Assembly (NCBI GenBank): GCA_951406725.2
Contig: OX597820.1
Span: 120,590,001 to 120,654,000 of the forward strand
DNA: 64,000 nt
Reading direction: 5' to 3'
DNA from: Octopus vulgaris
Lineage: Eukaryota
Shown here: piece by piece, positions 26,747-39,757 of the stretch
Layout of the letters: the number at the start of each line of letters is the position of its first letter
Numbering within the stretch: the stretch's first letter is position 1
Notes under the pieces: generated by a model
Database searches by the model: none
Told to the model about the DNA's origin: nothing
The model's input: only the letters and a program-made list of their open reading frames with translations
Made by a program: the position numbers and the translations under genes

Positions 26747-27489
26747 GAGTGAGAGAACAGTGCATGCCATCAAAGTGAAACTGGGGTAAAATATACGAAG
26801 CCCAGTATAGCCATCATGACTACCCGGATAGTAAGAATTCAAAAGAAGTAACCATGAAATGGTCTGTAATGAGTTCCCAGATTATATAGAACATAAGAGG
26901 AAATACTAAGGTGTGTATATTAAAATTGTGAAGCAAGTGTACGTAATAACAGGTTAATCAGATATGAGGTACTAACAATTCAATGCAAATAATACTGAAA
27001 ATGGTTTCTGTGCGTTCCCAGTGAATATTACCCTCAGGCGCGCTAGTGTTGGTATATTCGTGAATAATTCACTAACCGAAATAAGAGGTTCTATTGTTTA
27101 AGAAAATACTACTCACAAGATAAATTGTACCTGATAAATTGCGAAAAGAACTCCAACAGTTTAAATACTAAGAAATAAGCATCTTCAATTCCATTTTTAC
27201 CAAATAATTTAGGAAAATGAATGGGTTATTTCCCTTGGATATATAAAGATCCCTTCCATGGGCAAATGGCTTTGAAAATAAAATATATTAGATATATATA
27301 AAGTTCCCTTGCAGAGGCCCTATTATCGATTTTTTCAACATTCTGTGTATGCCATGTGGTTTCCTGACATGCGTCTCATGTTTCATCAAAATCGATAAAA
27401 GGATGTAGGAGGAGTTAGATAACAACTCCACAAACACACCCACAGAGAATTTCCCAAATATGTAGAATATATAATTATATATATATATA

Positions 27490-27900
27490 CTCTTTTATTC
27501 TTTTACTCTTTTACTTGCTTCAGTCATCTGACTGCGGCCATGCTCGAGCACCACCTTTAATCGAGCAACTCGACCCCGGGACTTATTCTTTTGTAAGTCC
27601 AGTACTTATTCTATCGGTCTCTTTTGCCGAACCGCTAAGTAACGGAGACATAAACACACCAGCATCGGTTGTCAAGCAATGCTAGGGGGACAAACACAGA
27701 CACACAAACACACACACGCATATATATACATATATACATATATACGACGGGCTTCTTTCAGGTTCCGTCTACCAAATCCACTCACAAGGCTTTGGTCGGC
27801 CCGAGGCTATAGTAGAAGACACTTGCCCAAGGTGCCACGCAGTGGGATCTGAACCCGGGACCATGTGGCTGGTAAACAAGCTACTTACCACACAGCCACT

Positions 27901-27904
<4 letters not shown>
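27490..27904 (-). mobile_element. tRNA-derived SINE family C (CORE-like, internal dinucleotide repeat)
   Basis: Head TGGCTGTGTGG...GGTTCAGATCC; CORE-like ACCTTGGGCAAGT; (GTAAAAGA)n tail. Confidence 0.88.
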
Positions 27905-27967
<63 letters not shown>

Positions 27968-28667
27968 AGTAGATGAACAGAAAATCTATATAGCAGTGCA
28001 TAGCGCACAATCAACAAATCCAATATTCTCATTGCCATTCATTTGTACGTCAATGTATTTGTTATTTTATCATTTTTGTTTTCTTAAATGTCGGTATAAG
28101 ATTAAAATATACCCACACTTCATCGACAACTTCTACTTATCCCCCTGAGGTGACATACTGTGTGGCGCTTACGGTGATTTCTCTTTTTATCACGTGATCC
28201 TGCTTCTCATTCCTGTTTTTCGATTGCGTATCCATTTCCGTTTTTGTCCGTGTAGGTTTCCGAATCGTAAAGAATTAAGAAAATGTTTGTTCTGCGTCTT
28301 TTCTGCGAAATGAATATCTTATCGGTATTCTTATGCCAACAAAACGTAATGAATTACCATTTCTCAAAGTTCCATTGTAAGCCTCTGCTATCTTACACCT
28401 AACTGTCCGACCGATTCTGAAAAAAAAAAAACCCAGAAAACAAAAACACCGATGGATGAAGACTGACACTTTTGCTCTCCGTCGATTGCAGACTTCCGCG
28501 TTTCCCCCTTATTTTCCTGTACATATTTCTTTCTTCATGAAAACAGAAATGACTACAATGCAATGGAATGTGGGAAAACGGAACATTTTGCATCTGTTGT
28601 CAAATCTTCTGTCAACTTAAGCGTTAATTCTTTCTCTTTCTGCTTTTATTTTCTCTCCTTGTAGTCA

Positions 28668-28699
<32 letters not shown>

Positions 28700-28812
28700 C
28701 TTCTTCTTCTTCTTCTTCTTCTTCTTCTTCTTCTTCTCCTACTACATGTTTTTCTTCTTCTTGTTCTTCTCCTCCTTCTTCTGGTTCTCTTCCTCCTCCT
28801 CTTTCTTCTTCT
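28668..28812. repeat. (CTT)n microsatellite
   Basis: Seen directly in sequence. Confidence 0.95.
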
Positions 28813-28944
28813 GCTTGATTACGACAAGGACTTGTTAATCACATTCTGATGATGGAAAAATGTGCAGAAACCCGTTTTCTCTCTCTCGTTCTGATGCTGT
28901 ATATATATACCCCACAATATGTGTACCCCACAACTCCACTTTGT

Positions 28945-28980
<36 letters not shown>

Positions 28981-29007
28981 ATATATATATGATATACTTT
29001 AATTATT

Positions 29008-29325
29008 TATTCTTTTATGTGTTTCAGTCATTTGACTTCGGCCATGCAGGAACAGCGCCTTTAGTCGAGCAAATCCGTTCCAGAGCTTATTCTTTGTAAG
29101 AATAGTAGTTATTCTATTGGTCTTTTTTGCCGAACCACTAAGTTACGGGGACGTAAACGTACCTACATCGGTTGTCAAGTGATCTGTGGGTAACAAACAC
29201 AGACACACAGACACACATACACACATGAATATAAGTAATCTTTCAGATTACTTCCACCAAATCCACTCAGAAGGCTTTGGTCGGCCCGCGGTTAAAGTAG
29301 AAGCCACTTGCCCAAGGTGCCACGC
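29008..29325 (-). mobile_element. SINE family C, 5'-truncated, abutting (TCTA)n
   Basis: Homology to 27490-27904. Confidence 0.8.
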
Positions 29326-29337
29326 ATCTATCCATCC

Positions 29338-29439
<102 letters not shown>

Positions 29440-31347
29440 ATATCTATCTAGATTGATAGATTGATAGATAGATGGAGAGACAGGACAGGAATATATATAG
29501 ATGTATATTTATGTGTGTGTTCGTGCGCTCGCGTGTGTATGTGCGTATATATATATATATACATGCATATATATACACATATGCATACATGGAAACATAC
29601 ATATGTATGTACATATATACACACACATATGTATATATATAGAGAGAGGGATATAGTTACACACACATATATATCTATACACATGCAGAAAAGTGAGCGG
29701 GAACGAGAGAAAGAGAACAGAGAAAGAGATCAGATATTGTGTGAGATGCATATGATTGTAAATATCACCCTGTATTTGACATAAACATTTCCATATTAAA
29801 ACTAGAATAAGGAAACTTAAAATAGACAATGAAATTACAGGAATCAAGAATGATCAGGACGAGAACTACACAAATCCAGTTACGTCTCCATCTTTACTGC
29901 TTCTGCCAATCTGATGCCCATTATTTGAGAAAACGTTTATTAAATGTTATAATACAGAACGTACCCTCAAGCTAAACACGTTAAGTGTGCAAACCGGAAA
30001 AAGATTTAATCGAATGAATGTTGGAAATATTTTCGTAAATCTTGACTGAAACGCAACTTCAAGGATGAGAAAGTAATGATTTTGCCTTCTATATGTAAGC
30101 TTCAGATACACGCATAAATATGTTATAATAATACATATATGCACACACAGACACACACACACACACTTATATATATATATATATGTATGTATATACACTT
30201 ACACATATATACACATGTATATATGTGGTGTAGTTGTGATGTAATGCAAATGAGTCAGTTTTAATAAAATGATTATTAGAAATATAATTGCCGAAACGGA
30301 AGCATCTCCACATCACGTATACACTACTGTTAATTTGGGATGATGTGCCATTCCACAACCACATGTCTTTTTTTTTGTATTCCTTATATATAATCTTAAT
30401 AATTTCCTGAGGCTCGAACCCGCATCATTAATATTTAAGACAGATGTTTTCGAATCACTGAGCTTCAGACTAATTCTTTATCGAATTGTGGGATATTAAT
30501 TTTCATAGAAGCATTAACAGACATACTGTGCTGATATCTCGTCTGCCTCTTTTATTTGCCCAAGTTTCCACTGAAGTTCAAGAACAACATATAATTAGAA
30601 ATCAACTGTAACTATATGCGAGGAAATCGACCATTTCATTGGTTGTGTTGGATAGAATGGTAATTAAATGATAAAACAACGGATATCAGTCACTCATAAA
30701 TTCAGCTGCCGTGTGCTTAAGATGAAAGAACGAAAAAATAACGGCTATGACAACAAAAACAAAGGCAATAACAACAACAAAATCGGCAATAGAAAAAAAC
30801 AAAACAAAATAAAACGAAGAACAATGGCTACTGAACAACAAAATGCTATATCTGTAATCTGATTTCTGCGAGTTATTGATTACGTATTTTGTTTATTAAG
30901 AATTATCCCAAACATCATGTGATTAATTTACACAAATCAAATGATAATGTTCTTTCTAATTCATCAAAGAAAATATATAACTATGTTTATTTGTGTTTTT
31001 GTTTGCTTCCTTCCACATTTCTCTATGTTCATGTGTGTGTTTCGGTATGTGTGTCCGCATACGTATGTGTGTGTGTGTGTGTGTGTGTAGATGTTTTACT
31101 ATGTGTGTATGAGAGCAATAGACGGATGCAGATAACATATTCAAGTTGTGTATTAAATCTCCTGTTTCTTGTGAAATTTAAACGTCTCATATGCATGAGA
31201 AGTGATTATAGCCTCAACGAATCGTCTGAAGAGCTATCACCGCGCTAATTCATACAGTATGTTTTATAAAGTTGCCTCTGAAATAGTCAAAGGATGCTGT
31301 ACAAAAAGTACACACATATTGCTCAAATCATTTATTAATATCCTTAA

Positions 31348-31445
31348 AATCGATAAATTAAGTACCAGTTTCGTACTTTGGTCGATCTAATTGACTGGCT
31401 CTTTCCACACAAATTTTGGGTCTTGTGTCTGAAGTAAAAAGAATA
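31348..31445 (+). mobile_element. SINE family B alternative-tail fragment
   Basis: TCGATAAATTAAGTACCAGTT...AAATTTTGGGTCTTGTGTCT. Confidence 0.6.
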
Positions 31446-31671
31446 CCCTTAAAATCACATTATATTCACTACCCATGGTCAGCCATGACCGAAAGTGGCC
31501 AAAGAAGATTCAATATCTAATTTCAGAGATCAAATATTCAAACGTGTAAGGTATAAGCATGCTCAGAATCGATTTGAACATGTGTACTTTCTATCACACC
31601 CTCAAAATGAATTAGACGTGTATGTATATGTGGTATATATACACATAGTCGTCGTGTATACTCACATATAT

Positions 31672-32074
31672 ATTCTTTTATTCTTTTACTTGTTTCAGTC
31701 ATTTGACTGCGGCCATGCTGGAGCACCGCCTTTAATCGAGCAACTCGTCCCCGGGACTTATTCTTTTGTAAGCCCAGTACTTATTCTATCGGTCTCTTAT
31801 GCCGAACCGCTAAGTAGCGGGGACATAAACACACCAGCATCGGTTGTCAAGCAATGCTAGGAGGACAAACACAGACACACAAACACACACTCATATATAG
31901 ACATATATACGACGGGCTTCTTCCAGTTTCCGTCTACCAAATCCACTCACAAGGCTTTGGTTGACCTGAGGCTATAGTAGAAGACACTTGCCCAAGGTGC
32001 CACGCATTGGGACTGAACCCGGAACCATGTGGTTGGTAAACAAGCTACTTACCACACAGCCACTTCTGCGCCTA
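31672..32074 (-). mobile_element. SINE family C, full copy
   Basis: Homology to other family C copies. Confidence 0.9.
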
Positions 32075-32344
32075 TGGTGTGGATTGTAAGGAGGTAATGC
32101 ACTATTGTCACTACACAGCACTACTGCCGTCGTACTGTGAGCAATTCTTGGTAAGTTTGTTGGAACCAGACTTTGATATTTTGGATTTTGTTATAAATAT
32201 TTTGTTATCAGTATCACTTATTATGTTTAAGTGACTTATGCTCTGCCTGCTTCCATTCTCAATACCACCGCGTTAGACTAAAGGCAGTTTCTCAAGGATT
32301 TATAAATAATGCTTTCAACTGGAAGAACAAGGCCACGGATTTGG

Positions 32345-32515
32345 GGGAAGGGATTAAGTCAATTACACCAACCCTAGTGCGTAACTGGTACTTATTTAAT
32401 CGACCCCGAAATGGCGAAAGGCAAAATTGTCCTCGGCCGAATTTGAACCCAGAAAGCGAAGACAGACCCACTAAGCATTTCCACTGTCATGCTAACGATT
32501 CTGCCAGTTCTCTGC
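32345..32515 (-). mobile_element. SINE family B, diverged copy
   Basis: CTGGTACTTATTTAATCGACCCCGAAA...AATTTGAAC...GCTAACGATTCTGCCAG. Confidence 0.7.
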
Positions 32516-33280
32516 ATTAAGCTTTTATAAATAATTACATCTAGTCTTATACGTCAGCAAATGCATAATTTCATTAATCCTGCCAGGGTGTTTAGGGCAA
32601 ACCTGCCCATGTGGTTTTGAGAGTTGAATTGTGTACTTCTACAAAGATTATCGGGTTTTCTTTTAAGTCACCCCATCATATAGACATAGGGTCTCTCCTT
32701 TTAAGTGTTCAGTCATATGCTTTCTAGACATTTCTTTTCTCCCAACATTAATAAAATCTTAACAATGTTCTGTCAAATAGTAACAAACACTAAAATGAAG
32801 CATATATACGTATGTTTATCTGCCTTCACTTCTGTGTGTGTATTGCTTGGTATATTTCTTACGTATATATATTGAAAGAATTTAGGTAAATGAAAGTGAA
32901 AATATCAATGCCCTCAAGTGAATCACATGTGTATCTACCCAATACTTAGATGTCTTATACCAAAAATGCAAAGAGGTCTCTCAGATTACACTGCAACATC
33001 CGTTTACATCAATTGAGGTTTACAGACAACATATGACAAGCATAAGGAGATCATAGTAACGCATTCCAAGCTACTCGTCATATATTGTGTTTCTTGTACG
33101 TATAAAATACCAGGATGAGAATTTCGTTATCACTTCTCAGGTGAGGGGTTAAGGTTTTTTAAATATGCATACCACAAAATATTCACACGCACGGCGAAAT
33201 CCATTTAAAAGAAAACAGGTCACGCCATGTTCAGTCGAAGAAATGAATACATGAGTAGAAGTGTCTGTGTGCGCATGCGT

Positions 33281-33310
<30 letters not shown>

Positions 33311-33314
<4 letters not shown>

Positions 33315-33498
33315 TGTTATATTTCTGAATGGTCATATTGCCAGTTTAGCCAATAAAAACACACGCACTATATATTTGGTGTTATTTTGCTTCAGTGATA
33401 TTTATTTTTTACATTAATCTTAATCTTATTTCGGCCAAAGTTCTTTCGTCACACTCCTGTGACCGCATCAATATGACCATTCCGAAATATAACAATAT
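33311..33498. repeat. 30-bp inverted repeat enclosing a hammerhead-like remnant (Penelope-like inverted terminus?)
   Basis: 33311-33340 and 33469-33498 are reverse complements with 1 mismatch. Confidence 0.7.
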
Positions 33499-33532
33499 CT
33501 GTTTCAACAACGACTTCACATAAAAATCTTAA

Positions 33533-33601
<69 letters not shown>

Positions 33602-33857
33602 GAATGCATGCACTAATGTATACATATATACATATATGAATACAAGGGGTGTAGTTTGGCCCCCAGTTTTATTCAGCCTTCTCTGATCTACATCGATGAC
33701 AAATCATTGGATACATTCAATGATGATAATGATAATACGGCTGGATACTTCCTTTTTTCCGTCCTTCTCTCCCTCTACTCTCTCTCTCTCTCTCTGTATA
33801 TATATATGTGTGTGTGTATGTGTGTTTATGTGTTTGTATATATATATATATATACTT

Positions 33858-33898
<41 letters not shown>

Positions 33899-34082
33899 CT
33901 AGCAGTATCGCCCGGCGTTGCTCAGGTTTGTAAGGGAAATAACTATAAAGCATCTTTAGAGAGTTATAGCCAAAAAATAGCAAAAAAATGGAAAAAAAAT
34001 GATGGTAAATTTTTTTTTTGAGAGTAAAAAACGAGAAAACAGAAACACAGAAACACGCACAGACAAACTGCCGTTTATATAT

Positions 34083-34087
<5 letters not shown>
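33899..34087 (-). mobile_element. Non-autonomous Helitron, internally deleted
   Basis: 5' TCTCTATATATAAACGGCAG and 3' hairpin+CTAG near-identical to 39219-39592; sits within (TA)n. Confidence 0.85.
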
Positions 34088-34125
<38 letters not shown>

Positions 34126-34211
34126 TATATATATACATATACATAAATATTTATTGATATGCAAATATATGTATATCTACATATATTTACACATATTTTA
34201 TATGTATATAT

Positions 34212-34243
<32 letters not shown>

Positions 34244-34280
34244 TCATACACACAAATATATATATACATATATGTATATA

Positions 34281-34318
<38 letters not shown>

Positions 34319-35942
34319 CATACATATATTTACATTATATTTGTGTATATGTACTCATAGATCAATAGATCGATACATAGTAAGACATTTCTACGTATAT
34401 GGGAAAAATTTACCATGTGATACCCAAGGCCTATAATGTTCAAAAGATAACAAGGAATGATATTGCTCCTTGTCTTCTACAAGAAACTACAGAGAAAATG
34501 ACATTTAATCAAAGTCTCACCGAGAATCCCCAAGCTGAATTTGTTCTTTGCTTAGTTGAAACGAATCATAAATTTTGATGTGGTTTACGTACCTTTTTTT
34601 TTTTTCTAGAGTATATTTACCTCCAATGCAGAGAGTTTTTTCTTTCGATAAAATCGTTTATGTATACTGCTACAGAGATTTATAGCTGGTGAATACTGCT
34701 TGGTACATTGGCCTTGTTGTTAACGACGTTGCGGTTTCGGCTGATTTTCGTAGATTTCTGCTTCAGAAGCTATTGCGGTGATAATCATCTTTAAAATAAT
34801 TACAATAATAATAGAATTATTGGTTTGGTGTAGAGACTATTTGCATATATCAGAGTGGTGGTTGTGGTGAAATTGGTAGTGCGAGAATGTTAGAGGTATA
34901 AAGTCCTGATCTTAATTGGACAGATTAATTTATTTAATACCAATATTTCCTTCGTGGCTGTCAAGATATATGCGGACAAAGAAAGGGTTTTGCCGAAGAA
35001 ACAATATTTAAAATATTTAAAAAATAGCGAAGAGAGAAAGAAATAGTGAAATGTGTTGTCATTTCCGGAACGATATACATTGAATACAAGCATGTCCGTA
35101 TTTTTATTAGCAATGATGTAAGAAGCTTCACATAGACTTTATTCTTGTGAGGTGTCATGCTAATATGTTTCTGAATGTTTGAAACAAACATCGATGCCAT
35201 CATGCTAACAATGCAGATATATTTGTTTTTTATCGGAACTCAGAGAGTTCTTATAAAGCACCACGTCATTACGTTAAAAGGAAAATAGTTTCGTTATATC
35301 CCTGACAATCACAGCCGCGGGAATTTACTTGCATTCAAAACATATTAGTAATATAATGTAGACAGATGAAATCTATCTCAGTTTATACATACAAATAGCA
35401 GACTGTCAACAAATATTCATCTTCAGTTGTATTCGAATCTCAAAGTGCTAAAAGCGAAGGAATATCTGTCGATTGTGCGTTAACTATAAATATTAATACA
35501 CTAAGGTCAAATGCGTTGCGCTGTCAGGTGGTTAACCGAAGAGACAGCCAAAGAACGAGAGAAGTGTTAATGACGAGGGTTAGAGGTGAAGAAATAATTA
35601 TCACGTGCTTAGAACGTTATCTCAAAGAAGAAATATAGTTAGTAATACGGTGCTTAGCAGAGGGCTGACGTCTTAGTGGTGAGCTTAAATGCATGCACAG
35701 AGAGAGAGAGAGAGAGATTATATTATGAGTAAAAGGTTGATGAAGGGAGTGTAGTGACACTGCACGTGATTAGTGAAAGTGAGAGGTGAAAAGAAAGAGG
35801 AAGCGGTAAATTGTAAAGACACGAGAGGAGGAATCACATGGTTAAAACTTTTGTTGAAGTAAGAGGTGAAGAGAAATATAACGGGTTTAGTAGAGGAGAA
35901 TTTTAACCATTTATATTGCTGTAACTGAAATTTAATCTAGTG

Positions 35943-35977
<35 letters not shown>

Positions 35978-36014
35978 CGGATCGGCCGGGAAAGAAGACC
36001 CTGTTGAGCTTGAC
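35943..36014 (+). rRNA. Dispersed 28S rRNA gene fragment (pseudogenic)
   Basis: TCTAGCGAAACCACAGCCAAGGGAACGGGCTTGG...GGGAAAGAAGACCCTGTTGAGCTTGAC is conserved eukaryotic LSU rRNA sequence. Confidence 0.92.
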
Positions 36015-36115
36015 GTATTTAGTGGAGGAGAATTTTAAACATTTATATTGCATTTTAATTTTTAATTTTTGTATATTCTCTATCTTTTATTTATTTAACT
36101 ATCTATTCACATTGA

Positions 36116-36489
36116 GTGAAGGCACAATGGCGCCACGGACTTACGGTCGTAAGATCGCGGTTTCGATTCCCAGACCGCGCGTTGTGAGTGTTTATTAAGC
36201 GAAATCTCCTAAAGCTCCATGAGACATCAGCAGGGGGTAGTGGCGAACCCTGCTGTAATCTTACACCACAACCGTCTCTCAGACTTTCTACGTGTTTCTC
36301 TTGTTCCTGTATTTCAAAGAGCCAGCGTTGTCACAATCTGTGTCAAGCTGAATCTCCCCGAGAACTACGTTGAGGGTACACGTGTCTGTGGAGTGCTCAG
36401 CCACTTGCACGCTAATTTCACGAGCAGGCTGTTCCGTTGATCGGATCAAATGGAACCCTCGTCGTCGTAACCGACGGAGTGCCACCACG
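36116..36489 (+). mobile_element. SINE family D
   Basis: Homology to 24811-25195; TSD ATTCACATTGA. Confidence 0.88.
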
Positions 36490-38200
36490 ATTCACATTGA
36501 CAAATACACTGAAAGACAAATACATTGAAGACAAATACATTGACAGAGTGAAGAAAGAAAACTTGCATTACATCTCGTAATAATCTTAGCACAGATAGAA
36601 AGAGAGATCTTCCGATGGAAGTGAAATGACAAACGAAAACAGCGCTGGATATTCTTTTGTTTTTCATTTGTTCTTATTTGTTAATTTGTTAGTCAGCGAT
36701 ACATCGACTGCAGGAAAAGTGGATATTAACAAATAACTCAACTGAAATGAAGCACCTTAGATGAGCTTTGTTGCAGAAAACTATAATTATGATGGTGCGG
36801 TTGTCGTTGATGCTGCTGTTGTTGTTGTTGTTGGTGGTGGTGGTGATGGTGGTGTTGTTGATGCTGGTGTTGGTGTTAGTGGTGGTGATGGTGGTAGAGG
36901 TGATGATAGTGGTGAGTGGATAGGGAAAATGTAGTATTATTTTCTTAGTGAAATACATTTTATTATATTGCCTATCACTTAAAGCGTGCGTATAAGTGCA
37001 ATTATGTATCGTGTTCTCGCTAGAAAATTGATATTCATTTATAAAATATGGATGGCTGTCGATGTGAGTTAAGAGGGGAGAGAATGAAATGGTATAGGCA
37101 ACGATGTACAAAGCGGAGGGTCGAATGGCTCAAAGAGAATTCAGTGAATATTTACGACAGATAAAAGAACGTGTCCAAGATAGAAAATGTAAACCGTTGA
37201 GAACGTAAAGAAACAAATAGAATAAAAATAAAACTGTAAACACACGGTTGAAAGTTACAACATTGGTGACATCTATAATCTTAGTAATCGCTGTAGACCT
37301 CTCAAAATCATAAATGAACCCCTGAAGTGCAAAGAGAACGGAAAATGTATGTGTTCTTAATTACTGCTTTATCCAGAAGAAGTACAGGTGTTTTTAAACG
37401 AAAATCCTGTAAAATATGTAATTTCAAAATAAACACTAATTTGTATTGTTCTATATAAACGCCCAACAATCCCCAAAACATCGTATTTAGCGTGGAAATT
37501 CCCTGCATACTGCTAATTGCTTTCTTTTCAGAAACGTTCACATGGATATTTCTGAATCTTCTAACTATAATCAGTCACAGAAACATGGCTGAATGTTTAC
37601 TGAAAGTCAGTTGCTAATCAAATGTTATAAACTTGTATTCAGTTTCCTTTATGAATTTTTCGTAATATTTTATGTGTAGTTTTGTATGTATGCAAATTTC
37701 CGATTAATTTAAGCTGATACTTTACGAAATTTAGGATATATAGGAAACAATTTATCTGACAAGTACTTTGCTTATACGCTTTATTTCTATCTCTTGTCTT
37801 ATTCATCTTATATAGTTATTTACACTACTTGAAATGCATTCATCGGTCCACCGAGTGTCTTCTAAAATCACTGTAAGAACCCTTGGACACACTCAGACTA
37901 TATCTCTTACTAAATTTTTGACAAAGAAACAAGTTCTACATAGATTATTTTCCTCAGATCGTCTTTTTAGTAGCTGGTTCTGATAGTAATAGAAATAATT
38001 TTAATACGGAGTAAGCATTCTGAATCAACCGTTGTTGCTGTAACACATGTTGGCCAAAGTGAAACTTTCCTCCCCAACGAATCGCAGTGAAATCGGCCAA
38101 TTCCCATGTCAAATATATCTCAAACATAGATGAACAGACTCAAAAGTTATTACAAAACATCGCCTCGCATCACAGCTATATACACATTATATACACAAAA

Positions 38201-38432
38201 GGCGGCGGGCTGGCAGACACGTTAGCACACCGGGCGAAATGCGTAACCGTATTTCGTCTGCCGTTACGTTTCTGAGTTCAAATTTCGCCGAGGTCGACTT
38301 TGTCTTTCATCCTTTCGGGGTCGATAAATTAAGTACCAGTTTCGCACTGGGGTCGATGTAATCGACTTAACCCCTTTGTCTGTCCTTGTTTGTCCCCTCT
38401 ATGTTTAGCCCCTTGTGGGTAGTAAAGAAATA
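38201..38432 (+). mobile_element. SINE family B, full copy
   Basis: A-box-like TGGCAGACACG, B-box GAGTTCAAAT, central GGTCGACTTTG.CTTTCATCCTTTCGGGGTCGATAAATTAAGTACC. Confidence 0.88.
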
Positions 38433-38528
38433 TATATACACATTATTATCAATATATAAGTTGGTGACGTAGCAAAATAATTATATCATTGCCAAAAATA
38501 ACTTGCATCATGTTATTCCGTCTTCATA

Positions 38529-38744
38529 TATATATACAAAATTTAGAGAAATGACCACTAATAATGGACAGCCTGTATGCTAGATATAGACGTCAAACTC
38601 ACCATTTACCACGAAGAATGTGTTCTCAAGAACATTTTTTTTTTTCAGAACACATTCTTCGTGGTAAATGGCGAGTTTGACGTCTATATCTAGTATACAG
38701 GCTGTCCACTATTAGTGGTCATTCCTCTAAATTTTGTATGTATA
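38529..38744. repeat. ~97-bp near-perfect inverted repeat with ~20-nt spacer
   Basis: 38529-38626 vs 38647-38744 are reverse-complementary with about five mismatches. Confidence 0.92.
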
Positions 38745-38847
38745 AAACTTTTAATCTTCGGATTTTTTTTAAATATGCAAGGCCACTGGTTTTAATTGAT
38801 TAATATCAATTTCTACCCTTGATTAATTATATATATATTTAAATCGA

Positions 38848-39210
38848 CTCCGACGGTCACGAATGACAATGGCTGAACCTAAGAGGTTCCCCTCCGGAGT
38901 ACAAGTCTGAGCGGAAACACGCCTCACCGGCAAATGCACCACCTAGGAGTGTTTTTATGGATGACCAGCAGACGCCCATGCGCACCAGCCTCCCCTCTCC
39001 ACACCACCGATGTTATCCAAGAGAAAAGCAAAGGGCGATACAGCTTGGCGCCAGTGACGTCGCAAATCATTTCTATAAATGAGTGAAATGGATCAACGTG
39101 AAATAAAGAGTTTTGCTCAAGAACGTAACACACAGCTCGATCCGGGAATCGAACTCACAACCTCACGATCCCAAGCTCGACGCTCTAACCACTAAGCCAC
39201 GCACCTTCAC
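38848..39210 (-). mobile_element. tRNA-derived SINE family E
   Basis: Head GTGAAGGTGCGTGGCTTAGTGGTTAGAGCG...GAGTTCGATTCCCGG; homologous to 46718-47020. Confidence 0.82.
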
Positions 39211-39218
39211 TATATATA

Positions 39219-39592
39219 TCTCTCTATATATAAACGGCAGTTTGTCTGTGCGTGTTTCTGTGTGTCTGTTTGCTTGTACCTTCACCCTGACCACGGCTTT
39301 CAACCGATTCTGATGAAACTTGACACACACATAGCCCAATGTCATAATTCAAAACTAAAGCAGCGAAAATTTTGAAAAGTTCCCCCAGTTCTGAAAAAAA
39401 TCGATAAATTCGACATGGGGTCCAGAATCAGAAACACAAACTGTCTAGGGGACGCAACTCCACCATTTTTAACTAAAAAAAAAATTACCATCATTTTTTT
39501 CCATTTTTTGCTATTTTTTGGCTATAACTCTCTAAAAATGCTTTATAGTTATTTCCCTTACAAACCTGAGCAACGCCGGGCGATACTGCTAG
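39219..39592 (+). mobile_element. Non-autonomous Helitron
   Basis: A|TC 5' end, CCTGAGCAACGCCGGG subterminal hairpin, CTAG|T 3' end, no TSD. Confidence 0.9.
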
Positions 39593-39635
39593 TATATATA
39601 TATATATATATATATAGGTAGCTACCCAGCTGGCT

Positions 39636-39664
39636 TGATAGATAGACAGATTGATGGATAGCTG

Positions 39665-39754
<90 letters not shown>

Positions 39755-39757
39755 GAT
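39636..39757. repeat. (GATA)n microsatellite
   Basis: Seen directly in sequence. Confidence 0.95.

Noticed and set aside
28846-28876. CTGATGA...GAAAC hammerhead-like spacing
   Set aside because: No stem I complementarity and negligible stem II
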